From an uncultured Candidatus Peribacteria bacterium (GTDB lineage: Bacteria > Patescibacteriota > Gracilibacteria > Peribacterales > Peribacteraceae): a stretch of DNA of 39,435 nucleotides. Position 1 is the stretch's first letter. Each line of letters opens with the position of its first letter. Where the stretch lies: the NCBI GenBank assembly GCA_964562735.1, contig CAZLUK010000092.1, positions 1 through 39,435 on the forward strand, written 5' to 3'. Below are positions 1 to 7,517 of this stretch, one piece after another. Both the position numbers and the translations under genes were made by a program. The notes under the pieces are model-generated. The model searched no databases. It had not been told where the DNA came from and was given only the letters and a program-made list of their open reading frames with translations.

Positions 1-254
1 AGATGGCAGTGATCCGGCATGATGACTAATCCAAGGAGAAAAAAGAATGTAATCCCTGAACTCGATACAGTGTTTCTATTCCTTCCCGGGCACAAGCATG
101 ACCGGCAAATACTTTTCTCCTGTTCGCACAATTCGTCGTAATGAATATGAGAGCCTCATTCTGCTAAAGGATGCCTCTGGAACATGCCGGAATTCTAGCC
201 GACCGCACCCGCGAACGGGATGCTCCTTTGGTGTGGGATATTTTGCAGAGGAAT

Positions 255-632
255 TCAAAAACTTTCTGTGTATTTGTTTATCAGTTCATGACCTTGAGGT
301 TGTACAGTGTCCACAGACGTATCTTGGCGAGAGTTGCTTACGGTAGTCATCCTTTCGGATTCTTCTGGTTGTGCTTGCGACTCAGGAGCTCCTTGTGTTG
401 GCTGAGGTCTTCTATCATCGTCGCAATAGTCTCGTGTTACATAGCCTGCAGCGAATCCCAGTACAAGTCCCATGAACGTGGCTTGGATTTGTTTAGCAAG
501 CACTCGGACCTCATCTAATGCGTGTCGCGATCGCTCCAAATTCAAGGTGAATTCTTCGAGTGTTTGATAACGCATAGCGCCAGAATTGTTTGGGGGCGAA
601 TCTCTCCTTTCCTCGCGGTGGGATAAGCTCAT
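255..632 (-). CDS. hypothetical small protein with one hydrophobic helix (start uncertain: ATG at 632 or 575)
   Basis: Minus-strand ORF 255..872. Its upstream part runs into the nrdR start region, so an internal Met (MSLSHREE.. or MRYQTLEEF..) is more plausible. Hydrophobic stretch ATFMGLVLGFAAGYV. No recognisable family. Confidence 0.3.
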   Translation of the reverse strand: MSLSHREERRDSPPNNSGAMRYQTLEEFTLNLERSRHALDEVRVLAKQIQATFMGLVLGFAAGYVTRDYCDDDRRPQPTQGAPESQAQPEESERMTTVSNSRQDTSVDTVQPQGHELINKYTESF

Positions 633-702
633 GAATCTAATTATAGAAATGAATAGGGTGTCTGTCAAAGAAACTACACACACACTATACTTTCCATGAT
701 TT

Positions 703-1149
703 ATGCGCTGCCCCCGTTGCAAGCACGAAGACACGGCTGTGATCGATTCCCGCCTCACGGAAGATGGACGGGCGATCCGCAGGCGGCGCGAATGTAACAA
801 GTGCGACCACCGCTTCACGACGTTCGAGCGCCAGGAATTGGCTTCTTTCATCGTCATCAAGCGCGATGGCACACGCGAGCCCTATAGCCGCAGTAAGCTG
901 GGACGCGGGATTTGGATCGCGTGCACCAAGCGTCCGGTCACCCAAAAAAATATCGATAAGATGCTTTCGGACTTGGAAGAAAAATGGGGCAAGAACAAAG
1001 AAGAAGTGGAGAGTACCACGATCGGCAAAGATGTCATGCTGGCACTTTCAAAGCTCGATAAAGTCGCCTACATTCGCTTCGCCTCGGTTCACCGCGAATT
1101 CAAGGATGTGGAGGAGTTCAAGCAGGAGCTGGGGAAGCTGTTTAAATAA
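703..1149 (+). CDS. nrdR: transcriptional repressor NrdR
   Basis: 148-aa ORF. N-terminal zinc ribbon MRCPRCKHEDTAVIDSR...CNKCDHRFTTFE followed by an ATP-cone (VIKRDGTREPYSRSKL ... AYIRFASVHREFKD). Typical NrdR length and layout. Confidence 0.95.
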   Translation: MRCPRCKHEDTAVIDSRLTEDGRAIRRRRECNKCDHRFTTFERQELASFIVIKRDGTREPYSRSKLGRGIWIACTKRPVTQKNIDKMLSDLEEKWGKNKEEVESTTIGKDVMLALSKLDKVAYIRFASVHREFKDVEEFKQELGKLFK

Positions 1150-1152
1150 GGG

Positions 1153-1187
1153 CGGGAAGGTGAGGAATGGCAGGAAAGGCAGGAAGG
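1153..1187. repeat. left arm of purine-rich inverted repeat bounding the four-helix-bundle gene
   Basis: GGAAAGGCAGGAAGG (1173..1187) is the exact reverse complement of CCTTCCTGCCTTTCC (1566..1580). Pairing continues outward with mismatches for about 31 nt in total. Built from GGCAGGAAA/GTGAGGAAT-type units. Confidence 0.8.
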
Positions 1188-1202
1188 TTCTAGCATGACC
1201 CC

Positions 1203-1565
1203 ATGCAGAGAAAATACAACCATGGGTTCAGGTCGCTCATTGTTTGGCAAGAGGCTAAAAAACTGGCCAATACAATTTATGATTTAACGAAAACGTTTCC
1301 AAAAGATGAACAGTTCGTTTTAGTATCACAACTCCGTCGAGCAGCTACTTTGGTCATGGCTAATATTGCAGAAGGTTCCTCGATGCCAACCAAAGCGCAT
1401 CGTGATAGCTTTTACTTTCGGGCGCGTGGTTCCGTTGTCGAGGTCGACTGTTTCATTGAGTTTGCTGCCGATCGAAAATATCTGATTGAGTCCAAACAAC
1501 ATGATATACAAGATCATTGTGCTCGACTAACATACCTCCTTACGAAGCTCATTCAATCGAAATAG
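1203..1565 (+). CDS. four-helix bundle protein (23S rRNA intervening-sequence protein family)
   Basis: 120 aa. Family-typical motifs FRSLIVWQEAKKLANTIYDLTKTFPKDEQFVLVSQLRRAATLVMANIAEG and ...ARGSVVEVDCFIEFA. Confidence 0.85.
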   Translation: MQRKYNHGFRSLIVWQEAKKLANTIYDLTKTFPKDEQFVLVSQLRRAATLVMANIAEGSSMPTKAHRDSFYFRARGSVVEVDCFIEFAADRKYLIESKQHDIQDHCARLTYLLTKLIQSK

Positions 1566-1596
1566 CCTTCCTGCCTTTCCTCACTTTCCTGCCCTC
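1566..1596. repeat. right arm of inverted repeat bounding the four-helix-bundle gene
   Basis: Reverse complement of 1153..1187 (15 nt perfect, about 26 of 31 overall). Starts 1 nt after the stop codon of the 1203..1565 gene and ends 1 nt before the aspS ATG at 1597. Confidence 0.8.
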
Positions 1597-3414
1597 ATGT
1601 TACGTTCCCACACCTGCGGCGAGCTCACGGCGAAGCATGAAGGCACAACTGTCACTCTGTGCGGCTGGGTGAATTCTCGCCGGGATCATGGAGGACTGAT
1701 CTTCATCGACTTGCGGGATCGCTACGGCCTGACACAGGTGGTCTTTCACCCTGAGGGAGTGAAGCGACCTGTGGTGAGCCTGGTCGAACCAGTCGAAGGG
1801 CACCCGGAGAGTGATAAGACGCTCTTCAAAGCCGCGGAGGCAGTGCGGCCAGAATGGGTACTGCGCGTTACGGGAAAGGTATCGAAGCGTCTTCCGGGCA
1901 CCGAGAATAAGCAAATGAAAACCGGTGAGATCGAGGTTCCGATAACTGCACTCGAGATTTTGAATAAGGCCAAAACTCCTCCGTTTGAGATCGCTTCAGA
2001 CAAAGACGTTTCAGAAGACCTGCGTCTGGAATATCGCTACCTCGATATGCGGCGGACGAGAATGCGGAAAAACCTGGAACTTCGGTCCAAGATTCTGCAG
2101 ATCATCCGGAAGTATTTCATCGAGCAAGATTGCTTGGAAATCGATACCCCGTGTCTCATCAAAGGCACGCCGGAGGGGGCCAGAGAGTACATCGTCCCTT
2201 CCCGTATGTATCCGGGGAACTTCTTCGTCCTGCCCCAGAGTCCGCAGCAACTGAAGCAGCTCTGCATGGTGGGGGGACTCGACCGCTACTTTCAGATCGC
2301 GCGGTGCTTTCGTGATGAGGACCTCAGAGGCGACCGGCAACCGGAATTTCTCCAGCTTGATTTCGAGATGAGTTTCGGAGAGCAGGAAGATGTGCAGCAG
2401 ATCATCGAGGGATCGATTCTGGAGATCGTGAAGCGGTGCAGTCCAAAGCAATTGAAAGGCGGGAAGATCGAGCGCTACACCTGGCAGCACGTGATGGATA
2501 CCTACGGCTCCGATAAGCCCGATCTCCGGTATGACCTGCCGATTGTCGATGTGTCAGACATAAGCCAAGGCTGTGGATTCAAGGTCTTCGAGGATGCTCT
2601 CACGAAAGAAGGCGTCGTCCGGGCACTCCGCGTTCCAGGCGGTGCAGTCCTTGCGCGCAGCGAGATCGATACGTGGACGGAAATCGCAAAAGAACTGAAA
2701 GCCAAAGGTCTGGCGTACATTCTCATGAAAGAAGATGGTCCGCAGTCTCCTCTCTTGAAGTTCTTCAAGGAAGGTTTCCTGGATCAGCTTGTGAAAGCCA
2801 CGGGGGCAGGAACTGGTGATGCACTCTTCTTTGGTGCGGACAAGTACTTAATCACGTGTGCATCACTTGGACGGATTCGTAGCGAAGCCGCAAAACGATT
2901 CACGCTGATCGATACCTCCATCCACTCCCTCTTCTGGGTCACGAATTTTCCGATGTTCGAGGAAGCGGATGACAGCTCTCTCACCTTCAGCCATCACCCG
3001 TTCACGAGCCCCAACATGTCCGAGTGGCCGAAACGCAAGACCGACCCACTCTCGGTGCACAGTGTCTGCTATGACCTCGTCCTGGACGGATACGAACTCG
3101 GGTCCGGGTCCATCCGTATCCACGATCCCGTTCTCCAGTCCGAAGTATTTGAGATGCTAGGTATTTCGCCGCAAGATCAGGAACAGAGATTCGGGCACAT
3201 GCTCCGCGCATTTGAGTTTGGTGCACCTCCCCACGGAGGCTTTGCCTATGGCATCGATCGAGTCGTGATGATCATGGCCGGAGAACCCAATATCCGCGAA
3301 GTGACCCCGTTTCCGAAAGATCAGAAAGCGAAAGACCTGATGCTTGGGGCGCCAGCGCCGGTGCCGGAAGCACAACTGAAGGAACTGGGGGTCCGTTGTG
3401 AAGAGAGGCTTTAA
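1597..3414 (+). CDS. aspS: aspartate--tRNA ligase
   Basis: 605 aa. OB-fold N-terminus CGWVNSRRDHGGLIFIDLRDRYG. Class II motifs FQIARCFRDEDLRGDRQPEFLQLDFEMSF, GSGSIRIHD and GAPPHGGFAYGIDRVVMIMAG. Confidence 0.95.
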   Translation: MLRSHTCGELTAKHEGTTVTLCGWVNSRRDHGGLIFIDLRDRYGLTQVVFHPEGVKRPVVSLVEPVEGHPESDKTLFKAAEAVRPEWVLRVTGKVSKRLPGTENKQMKTGEIEVPITALEILNKAKTPPFEIASDKDVSEDLRLEYRYLDMRRTRMRKNLELRSKILQIIRKYFIEQDCLEIDTPCLIKGTPEGAREYIVPSRMYPGNFFVLPQSPQQLKQLCMVGGLDRYFQIARCFRDEDLRGDRQPEFLQLDFEMSFGEQEDVQQIIEGSILEIVKRCSPKQLKGGKIERYTWQHVMDTYGSDKPDLRYDLPIVDVSDISQGCGFKVFEDALTKEGVVRALRVPGGAVLARSEIDTWTEIAKELKAKGLAYILMKEDGPQSPLLKFFKEGFLDQLVKATGAGTGDALFFGADKYLITCASLGRIRSEAAKRFTLIDTSIHSLFWVTNFPMFEEADDSSLTFSHHPFTSPNMSEWPKRKTDPLSVHSVCYDLVLDGYELGSGSIRIHDPVLQSEVFEMLGISPQDQEQRFGHMLRAFEFGAPPHGGFAYGIDRVVMIMAGEPNIREVTPFPKDQKAKDLMLGAPAPVPEAQLKELGVRCEERL

Positions 3415-3457
3415 ATGGCTTGGGAAAGGGCTCGATCGAATAGGGCGCACAAACAGT

Positions 3458-3486
3458 TTGACGTGACTGCATCTGTCCAATAAATA
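3458..3486 (+). promoter_or_regulatory. candidate sigma70-type promoter (TTGACG-17-TAAATA) placed 8 nt before the ATG at 3495
   Basis: TTGACG at 3458..3463, 17-nt spacer, TAAATA at 3481..3486. No Shine-Dalgarno sequence between the -10 and the ATG, suggesting a leaderless or near-leaderless mRNA. Confidence 0.35.
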
Positions 3487-3494
3487 GTGATAGC

Positions 3495-4184
3495 ATGGCT
3501 TCACATCTTTCCGTCGGGATGCTGCTCCCTGCGGATATTTCAGCAGTTGTTGCATATCGAGATTCGCTCATCGATAGGGCAGAAAGAGATGAAGACGCCG
3601 AACTTGGGGGAAATTTGCGGGCCGATACGCCAATTCGCTTCAATGGATTGGCCGAGAGGCTCGTCGATGAATTTCGGGAAATGATCATGGAAGTCGCCGG
3701 CAACGTCGGAGTCCGAGTTCATGTCCAAGATTATCAGGTGCATGAGTTGGCCGGCCATTGTGAGATGATGGGCTCGAAGCGTCGGCGCGATTTTCTCAAG
3801 AACGATCTGTTGGCTGCCTTCGATCCGAGCCCGACACAATGCGCCGTGATGATGGAAGGTACGGTACACAATCCGGCACAGAGACTCGCGATAGCCTTTT
3901 CAGATCCTGAAGATTTATATGGAATCGGGCGTTTTCTCACTGCGAAAAAATTGCCCTTGTTCCATATGCCAGAGGGTGAAAAGTATGACGTCATTCAGCG
4001 TGCATTCCCATTACATTTGTCACCGAATGAAGACCAGAGATCGCAAAATTTTCAGCATTCGAAATTCATGGTTGCGAAAGCAGTTTGTTATCCGGCCACC
4101 CCACCACAAACTCATTCAAAACATTCGCAATGTTTTGTTGACCAAGCGCACTTCACCAAGCTCTTTGTTCCGAAAGACGTGTGA
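3495..4184 (+). CDS. hypothetical protein
   Basis: 229-aa ORF in a gap with no competing ORF of similar length. No recognisable motif. Confidence 0.5.
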   Translation: MASHLSVGMLLPADISAVVAYRDSLIDRAERDEDAELGGNLRADTPIRFNGLAERLVDEFREMIMEVAGNVGVRVHVQDYQVHELAGHCEMMGSKRRRDFLKNDLLAAFDPSPTQCAVMMEGTVHNPAQRLAIAFSDPEDLYGIGRFLTAKKLPLFHMPEGEKYDVIQRAFPLHLSPNEDQRSQNFQHSKFMVAKAVCYPATPPQTHSKHSQCFVDQAHFTKLFVPKDV

Positions 4185-4214
4185 TAGAAGCCATTTTCGT
4201 GGTATAATAAGCGG

Positions 4215-5168
4215 ATGGATCCGCAACAGGACGCCAACAAGATCAATCCTTCGGCTCAGCCTCTCCCCTCTCCGCCCGATCTCGGGCGGAGTAAGGAATT
4301 TAAGCGCGTGGCGGCCATGGGTCAGAAGCGGACGGAGAAAGAAAAGGCAATCAAAGACAAAATTCGCGAGGATCGGGAGACGGTGGAAAAGGAGTCACAT
4401 GAATCCTTGGAAAAGAGCATCCATGCGAAAGAGGCGTCGACCGGGAAGAAGAAAGAATATCGGGTCATGATGCAGACGCGCGAACAGGAGTTAGCTGAGG
4501 ATCATCAGCGCCGTGCCAAGCAGGATCAGCTTATTATCAACACTCAGAAAGTACGTGACACTCGCCGCAAGCAGCAGCAGGGGTACATGCAGGAGCTCCA
4601 CGAGACGTCGCTTGTCAAACAGGCCATGGAGAAACGACAGAATCAACTGAAATCTGATAAAGAACGAGAACGAACTAAGGCCGAATACAACCATCGTACG
4701 AAGATGGACGCCGCTACTCATGCCGACACTGCGCGGAAGAAAGCTCTCGAGCACGAAGCAATGTCCCGTAAGGCGCTCATTGATGCCGACATCAAAAATA
4801 GCGAGTACCAGTTGGAGACAGGCAAGCGCAGCCGCCTGGCGCAGGTGGAAAACGAGTCGCTGCGGCAATTTGCGCTCTCGGTATCCGGTCACCTGCCAGC
4901 ACAGGCCGGGCAGCTCCGGGCCGCGGCAGATATGCAGCTGCGCGTGAAGCACAAGCAAGTGGAGCACGAGTGGGCGGAACGCAAAGCCGCCCTAGAACAA
5001 GCTGCGGAGCGTCACAAATCCGAGATCGATAACGACGCCTACGCCCGCAAAGCCCAGTCCGAATCCGAACTGCGTCGCATAACTCATCAGATCGATAACG
5101 AGCGCACTCAGACCCTGGAAGCAATTGAACAGAAATACCGCGAGTTCCTATCCGACAATCGTTCATGA
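4215..5168 (+). CDS. hypothetical K/E/R/Q-rich, probably coiled-coil protein
   Basis: 317-aa ORF with highly charged heptad-like composition throughout. No signal peptide and no recognisable domain. Confidence 0.55.
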   Translation: MDPQQDANKINPSAQPLPSPPDLGRSKEFKRVAAMGQKRTEKEKAIKDKIREDRETVEKESHESLEKSIHAKEASTGKKKEYRVMMQTREQELAEDHQRRAKQDQLIINTQKVRDTRRKQQQGYMQELHETSLVKQAMEKRQNQLKSDKERERTKAEYNHRTKMDAATHADTARKKALEHEAMSRKALIDADIKNSEYQLETGKRSRLAQVENESLRQFALSVSGHLPAQAGQLRAAADMQLRVKHKQVEHEWAERKAALEQAAERHKSEIDNDAYARKAQSESELRRITHQIDNERTQTLEAIEQKYREFLSDNRS

Positions 5169-5204
5169 AAGAAAACCGTGTCGGTTGGGTATACTGACCA
5201 CTGT

Positions 5205-5290
5205 GCCCAGGTGGCGAAATGGCAGACGCGCCAGCCTTAGGAGCTGGTACCCGCAAGGGTATGGAGGTTCAAGTCCTCTCCTGGGCACCA
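5205..5290 (+). tRNA. tRNA-Leu (anticodon TAG), CCA encoded
   Basis: GCCCAGG...CCTGGGC acceptor stem. Anticodon arm CCAGC-CTTAGGA-GCTGG. Long variable arm TACCCGCAAGGGTAT. T-arm GGAGGTTCAAGTCCTCT. Discriminator A plus CCA. Confidence 0.9.
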
Positions 5291-5391
5291 CGTAAAATCG
5301 CTGCGCGATCACGTGGCACCGCCAAAAAGATAGAGGAATCAAAACAGCAGAGGCGATTTTACGTGCCACGTGGCCGCGCAGCGGCTTTACG
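5291..5391. repeat. 29-nt imperfect inverted repeat immediately 3' of tRNA-Leu
   Basis: CGTAAAATCGCTGCGCGATCACGTGGCAC (5291..5319) pairs with GTGCCACGTGGCCGCGCAGCGGCTTTACG (5363..5391), about 25 of 29 complementary. It lies between the tRNA and the toxin-antitoxin islet. Confidence 0.5.
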
Positions 5392-5470
5392 TGGCTTCAG
5401 CAGCATCACGGTACTCACTTCGTCCAACGTAGTGCATCAGATACCAGCACCAGTTCTCATGGCATTTTCC

Positions 5471-5776
5471 TCATTGTTGTGTAGCAATGTTTCTAAGCGC
5501 ATCGTGATCGCAGAGTCGTAGGAGCAGAAGCTCCAGGCGCTGCTCGATGATCTCGTAAACGAGTAGCAGGTCATGATCGATATGACATTCGCGCAGATTC
5601 TTTAAGCGGCCTTTGAGTGCATGGTCACGGAATGTCGTAGGCAATGATTCTTGCTGTTGCAACGTGAGAATCGCTCTCCGAAGCTTCGGTAGCAATTTCG
5701 TGACTTTGCCGCTGTGCAGGAAGCGTCCGAGTTCGCGCTCGTACCTAGGCCGCGTGATGATCGTCAGGAGCTGCAT
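5471..5776 (-). CDS. yafQ: type II toxin, YafQ/RelE-family mRNA interferase
   Basis: FRDHALKGRLKNLRECHIDHDLLLVYEI matches the YafQ core (YKDHPLQGSWKGYRDAHVEPDWILIYK). Paired with an upstream DinJ-like gene. Start taken at the internal Met MQLLTIIT; the ORF extends to 5803. Confidence 0.8.
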   Translation of the reverse strand: MQLLTIITRPRYERELGRFLHSGKVTKLLPKLRRAILTLQQQESLPTTFRDHALKGRLKNLRECHIDHDLLLVYEIIEQRLELLLLRLCDHDALRNIATQQ

Positions 5777-6041
5777 AGGCAGAGCGGAAGAGCGCGTCAA
5801 CATTCTTGTAACGTTTCACAGAAGTGTCCGCACGTGCGGCATGTGCATCCTTCAGAAGAGCTTCCTCCTCCTCAACGCTGAATCCGTTCTCGGTAAGAAT
5901 CTGCAAAGGTACACCATCGGTGATACAAATTTGGTGGATGAATAAGCGTACCACTTGGCTAAGATCAAGCCCCAACTGTGCCAAAATTTTCTGCGCCCGC
6001 TTCTTATGCTTGTCGTCGAGACGAACGTGGAGGGTGGTCAT
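5745..6041 (-). CDS. dinJ: type II antitoxin, RelB/DinJ family
   Basis: 98 aa. MTTLHVRLDDKHKKRAQKILAQLGLDLSQVVRLFIHQI is a ribbon-helix-helix DinJ-type N-terminus. Sits immediately upstream of the YafQ-like toxin. Confidence 0.8.
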   Translation of the reverse strand: MTTLHVRLDDKHKKRAQKILAQLGLDLSQVVRLFIHQICITDGVPLQILTENGFSVEEEEALLKDAHAARADTSVKRYKNVDALFRSAYAAPDDHHAA

Positions 6042-6047
6042 GCAGAC

Positions 6048-6077
6048 ATACTACCGTAGGTGTGTAAACAATGTCAA
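6048..6077 (-). promoter_or_regulatory. candidate promoter TTGACA-18-TAGTAT, with the -10 ending 6 nt before the dinJ ATG
   Basis: On the minus strand: TTGACA (6077..6072), 18-nt spacer, TAGTAT (6053..6048), then 6 nt to the ATG at 6041. No SD. Confidence 0.4.
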
Positions 6078-6121
6078 CACAAGATTCATGGTGGAGCCAA
6101 TGGAACTCGCTCATCCAACTC

Positions 6122-6460
6122 TTACGCAAGTAACAATTCTACTTTCGCGAGAATTGCAGTGACAACAGACGGTGGCACGCGTTCGATGATCAGCGCTCCA
6201 CGTGCTTGCCAGTCGAGGCTCTTCATATGGTCAGCAAGTATCACGCCTTTTGTTTTCATGCCCGCAGGAATGGTCACTTCAAATGGATATCCTTTTGCAT
6301 GGTTTGTGATTGGACAGAAAATCGCCAAGCCGACCTTCTCGTTGTACGAATGAGGCGAAAGCACGAGTGCTGGTCGTCTCCCAGATTGTTCTCTGCCGCG
6401 TTGTGGATCAAAGCTCAGAGAAACAATGTCACCCCGATGTGGTGCGATGGATGTCACCAT
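6122..6460 (-). CDS. mazF: type II toxin MazF/PemK endoribonuclease
   Basis: GDIVSLSFDPQRGREQSGRRPALVLSP...GLAIFCPITNHAKGYPFEV...VILADHMKSLDWQARGA aligns along its length with E. coli MazF. Confidence 0.9.
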   Translation of the reverse strand: MVTSIAPHRGDIVSLSFDPQRGREQSGRRPALVLSPHSYNEKVGLAIFCPITNHAKGYPFEVTIPAGMKTKGVILADHMKSLDWQARGALIIERVPPSVVTAILAKVELLLA

Positions 6461-6687
6461 ACTTCTTTACCAATGACAGAACCTGTTCTCACCTCCCCGT
6501 GCAAATTTTCCGGATTCACCTGTGCTAGGAGGATATCCAAATCCTGCCCGATGGACGCAATGTGCAGACCACTCCGCTCAAGAGAAATCTCTACCTCTTT
6601 GCCGGAATCTATTCCCATATGGACGGCGAATGCTTTGGGGATACGTATCGCCAAACTGTTGCCCCACGTACGGATGACCGCTTTCAT
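6454..6687 (-). CDS. mazE: type II antitoxin MazE (AbrB/SpoVT fold)
   Basis: MKAVIRTWGNSLAIRIPKAF...NPENLHGEV...GKEVW parallels E. coli MazE (VKRWGNSPAVRIP ... TPENLHENIDWG..KDKEVW). Overlaps mazF by 7 nt. Start set at the Met preceding KAVIRTWGNS. Confidence 0.8.
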   Translation of the reverse strand: MKAVIRTWGNSLAIRIPKAFAVHMGIDSGKEVEISLERSGLHIASIGQDLDILLAQVNPENLHGEVRTGSVIGKEVW

Positions 6688-6728
6688 GTCATGAGTATAC
6701 ATTGTATCTACGTGAGACGCAAGCAGAA

Positions 6729-6821
6729 TCAATACACTTCGTCGTGGTTCCCGACCATCAGCAAAAGAACAATCGAGTGTCCACGTTCTTACCTTTCCCC
6801 GAAAAGACTCATTATTCTTGA
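6729..6821 (-). pseudogene. C-terminal remnant of a RelE/StbE-family toxin gene
   Basis: Minus-strand translation ..SRIMSLFGER*ERGHSIVLLLMVGNHDEVY* matches the C-terminus of the intact toxin at 19446..19709 (..RIVYAEERGHAIVLLLMVGNHNKVYG). It has an in-frame stop and no N-terminal part. Confidence 0.5.
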
Positions 6822-6867
6822 TCGGGAGCGGGATTCTTCCCGCGGTCGGCGCGTGGGCTTAGGTGGA

Positions 6868-7161
6868 TTATACCGATCGCTCCCGCTCCTGCAATTTCTT
6901 GTGGCTAACGAGCCAGAGACACGTGATGGTCAAATTCTTGCCATCCTTTTGGTACATCAGGAGCCAATCGGCTTCGACGTGTAATTCCCGATACTGGCGT
7001 AACTTTCCCTGCAGTTGATGATCACGTAACCACGGAGGCAATTCGTGTCCATTTTTGAGTGCATGGAGCGCGGCGCAGAGCAGACGGTCATTTCCTCCAT
7101 GCGCAAGAAACCGACGAACATCACGTTCAAATATCTTGGTGCGGATGAGTGTACATCTCAT
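6868..7161 (-). CDS. yafQ: type II toxin, YafQ/RelE-family mRNA interferase (second copy)
   Basis: LRDHQLQGKLRQYRELHVEADWLLMYQKDG matches the YafQ core. Start overlaps the stop of the upstream DinJ-like gene. Confidence 0.8.
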   Translation of the reverse strand: MRCTLIRTKIFERDVRRFLAHGGNDRLLCAALHALKNGHELPPWLRDHQLQGKLRQYRELHVEADWLLMYQKDGKNLTITCLWLVSHKKLQERERSV

Positions 7162-7424
7162 TATTCCTTACAGGATCGAATGAATGCGTCGATATCATCG
7201 ATGGGTATCATTGGTTCCTTTGAGCGTCGCAGTATTTCCTCTTCTTCCTCTTCGGTAAATCCATTCACCGTGAGCGCAGGCACTGGCAGCGTGCCGCGCA
7301 CATCCATGTGCGTGAGGAACATTCGGATGCATGAGGATAGATCCAGACCATTGGCCTCGGCGACTTTCTGGGCGGATTTTTTCAGCGCATTCGTTACGCG
7401 GATGTGGATGGTGGAAGTTTTCAT
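7161..7424 (-). CDS. dinJ: type II antitoxin, RelB/DinJ family (second copy)
   Basis: MKTSTIHIRVTNALKKSAQKVAEANGLDLSSCIRMFLTHM has the same architecture as 5745..6041, with an acidic EEEEEE linker. Confidence 0.8.
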   Translation of the reverse strand: MKTSTIHIRVTNALKKSAQKVAEANGLDLSSCIRMFLTHMDVRGTLPVPALTVNGFTEEEEEEILRRSKEPMIPIDDIDAFIRSCKE

Positions 7425-7432
7425 ATATACAC

Positions 7433-7461
7433 ATTGTATCGGTTTGTATTACAATGATCAA
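7433..7461 (-). promoter_or_regulatory. candidate promoter TTGATC-17-TACAAT with an overlapping 7-bp inverted repeat (possible DinJ operator)
   Basis: Minus strand: TTGATC (7461..7456), 17 nt, TACAAT (7438..7433), 8 nt, ATG at 7424. CATTGTA/TACAATG inverted repeat at 7432..7438 and 7450..7456. Confidence 0.4.
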
Positions 7462-7517
7462 GAAAAACAATTTGCCCTATGCACCAAATCAGCAGAGTTA
7501 AGTCAATTCGGGGGCGA

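Noticed and set aside
1-254. Possible ncRNA or partial gene at the left edge (local hairpin CCCGCGAACGGG; ORFs 76..258 and 98..346)
   Set aside because: I could not match conserved cores of tmRNA, RNase P RNA, SRP RNA or 6S RNA. The short ORFs have no motifs and overlap each other. Left unannotated.
3495-4184. HELAGH in the 229-aa hypothetical protein as a zinc-metalloprotease motif
   Set aside because: The spacing is HExxxH, not HExxH, and no third ligand or Met-turn context is evident.
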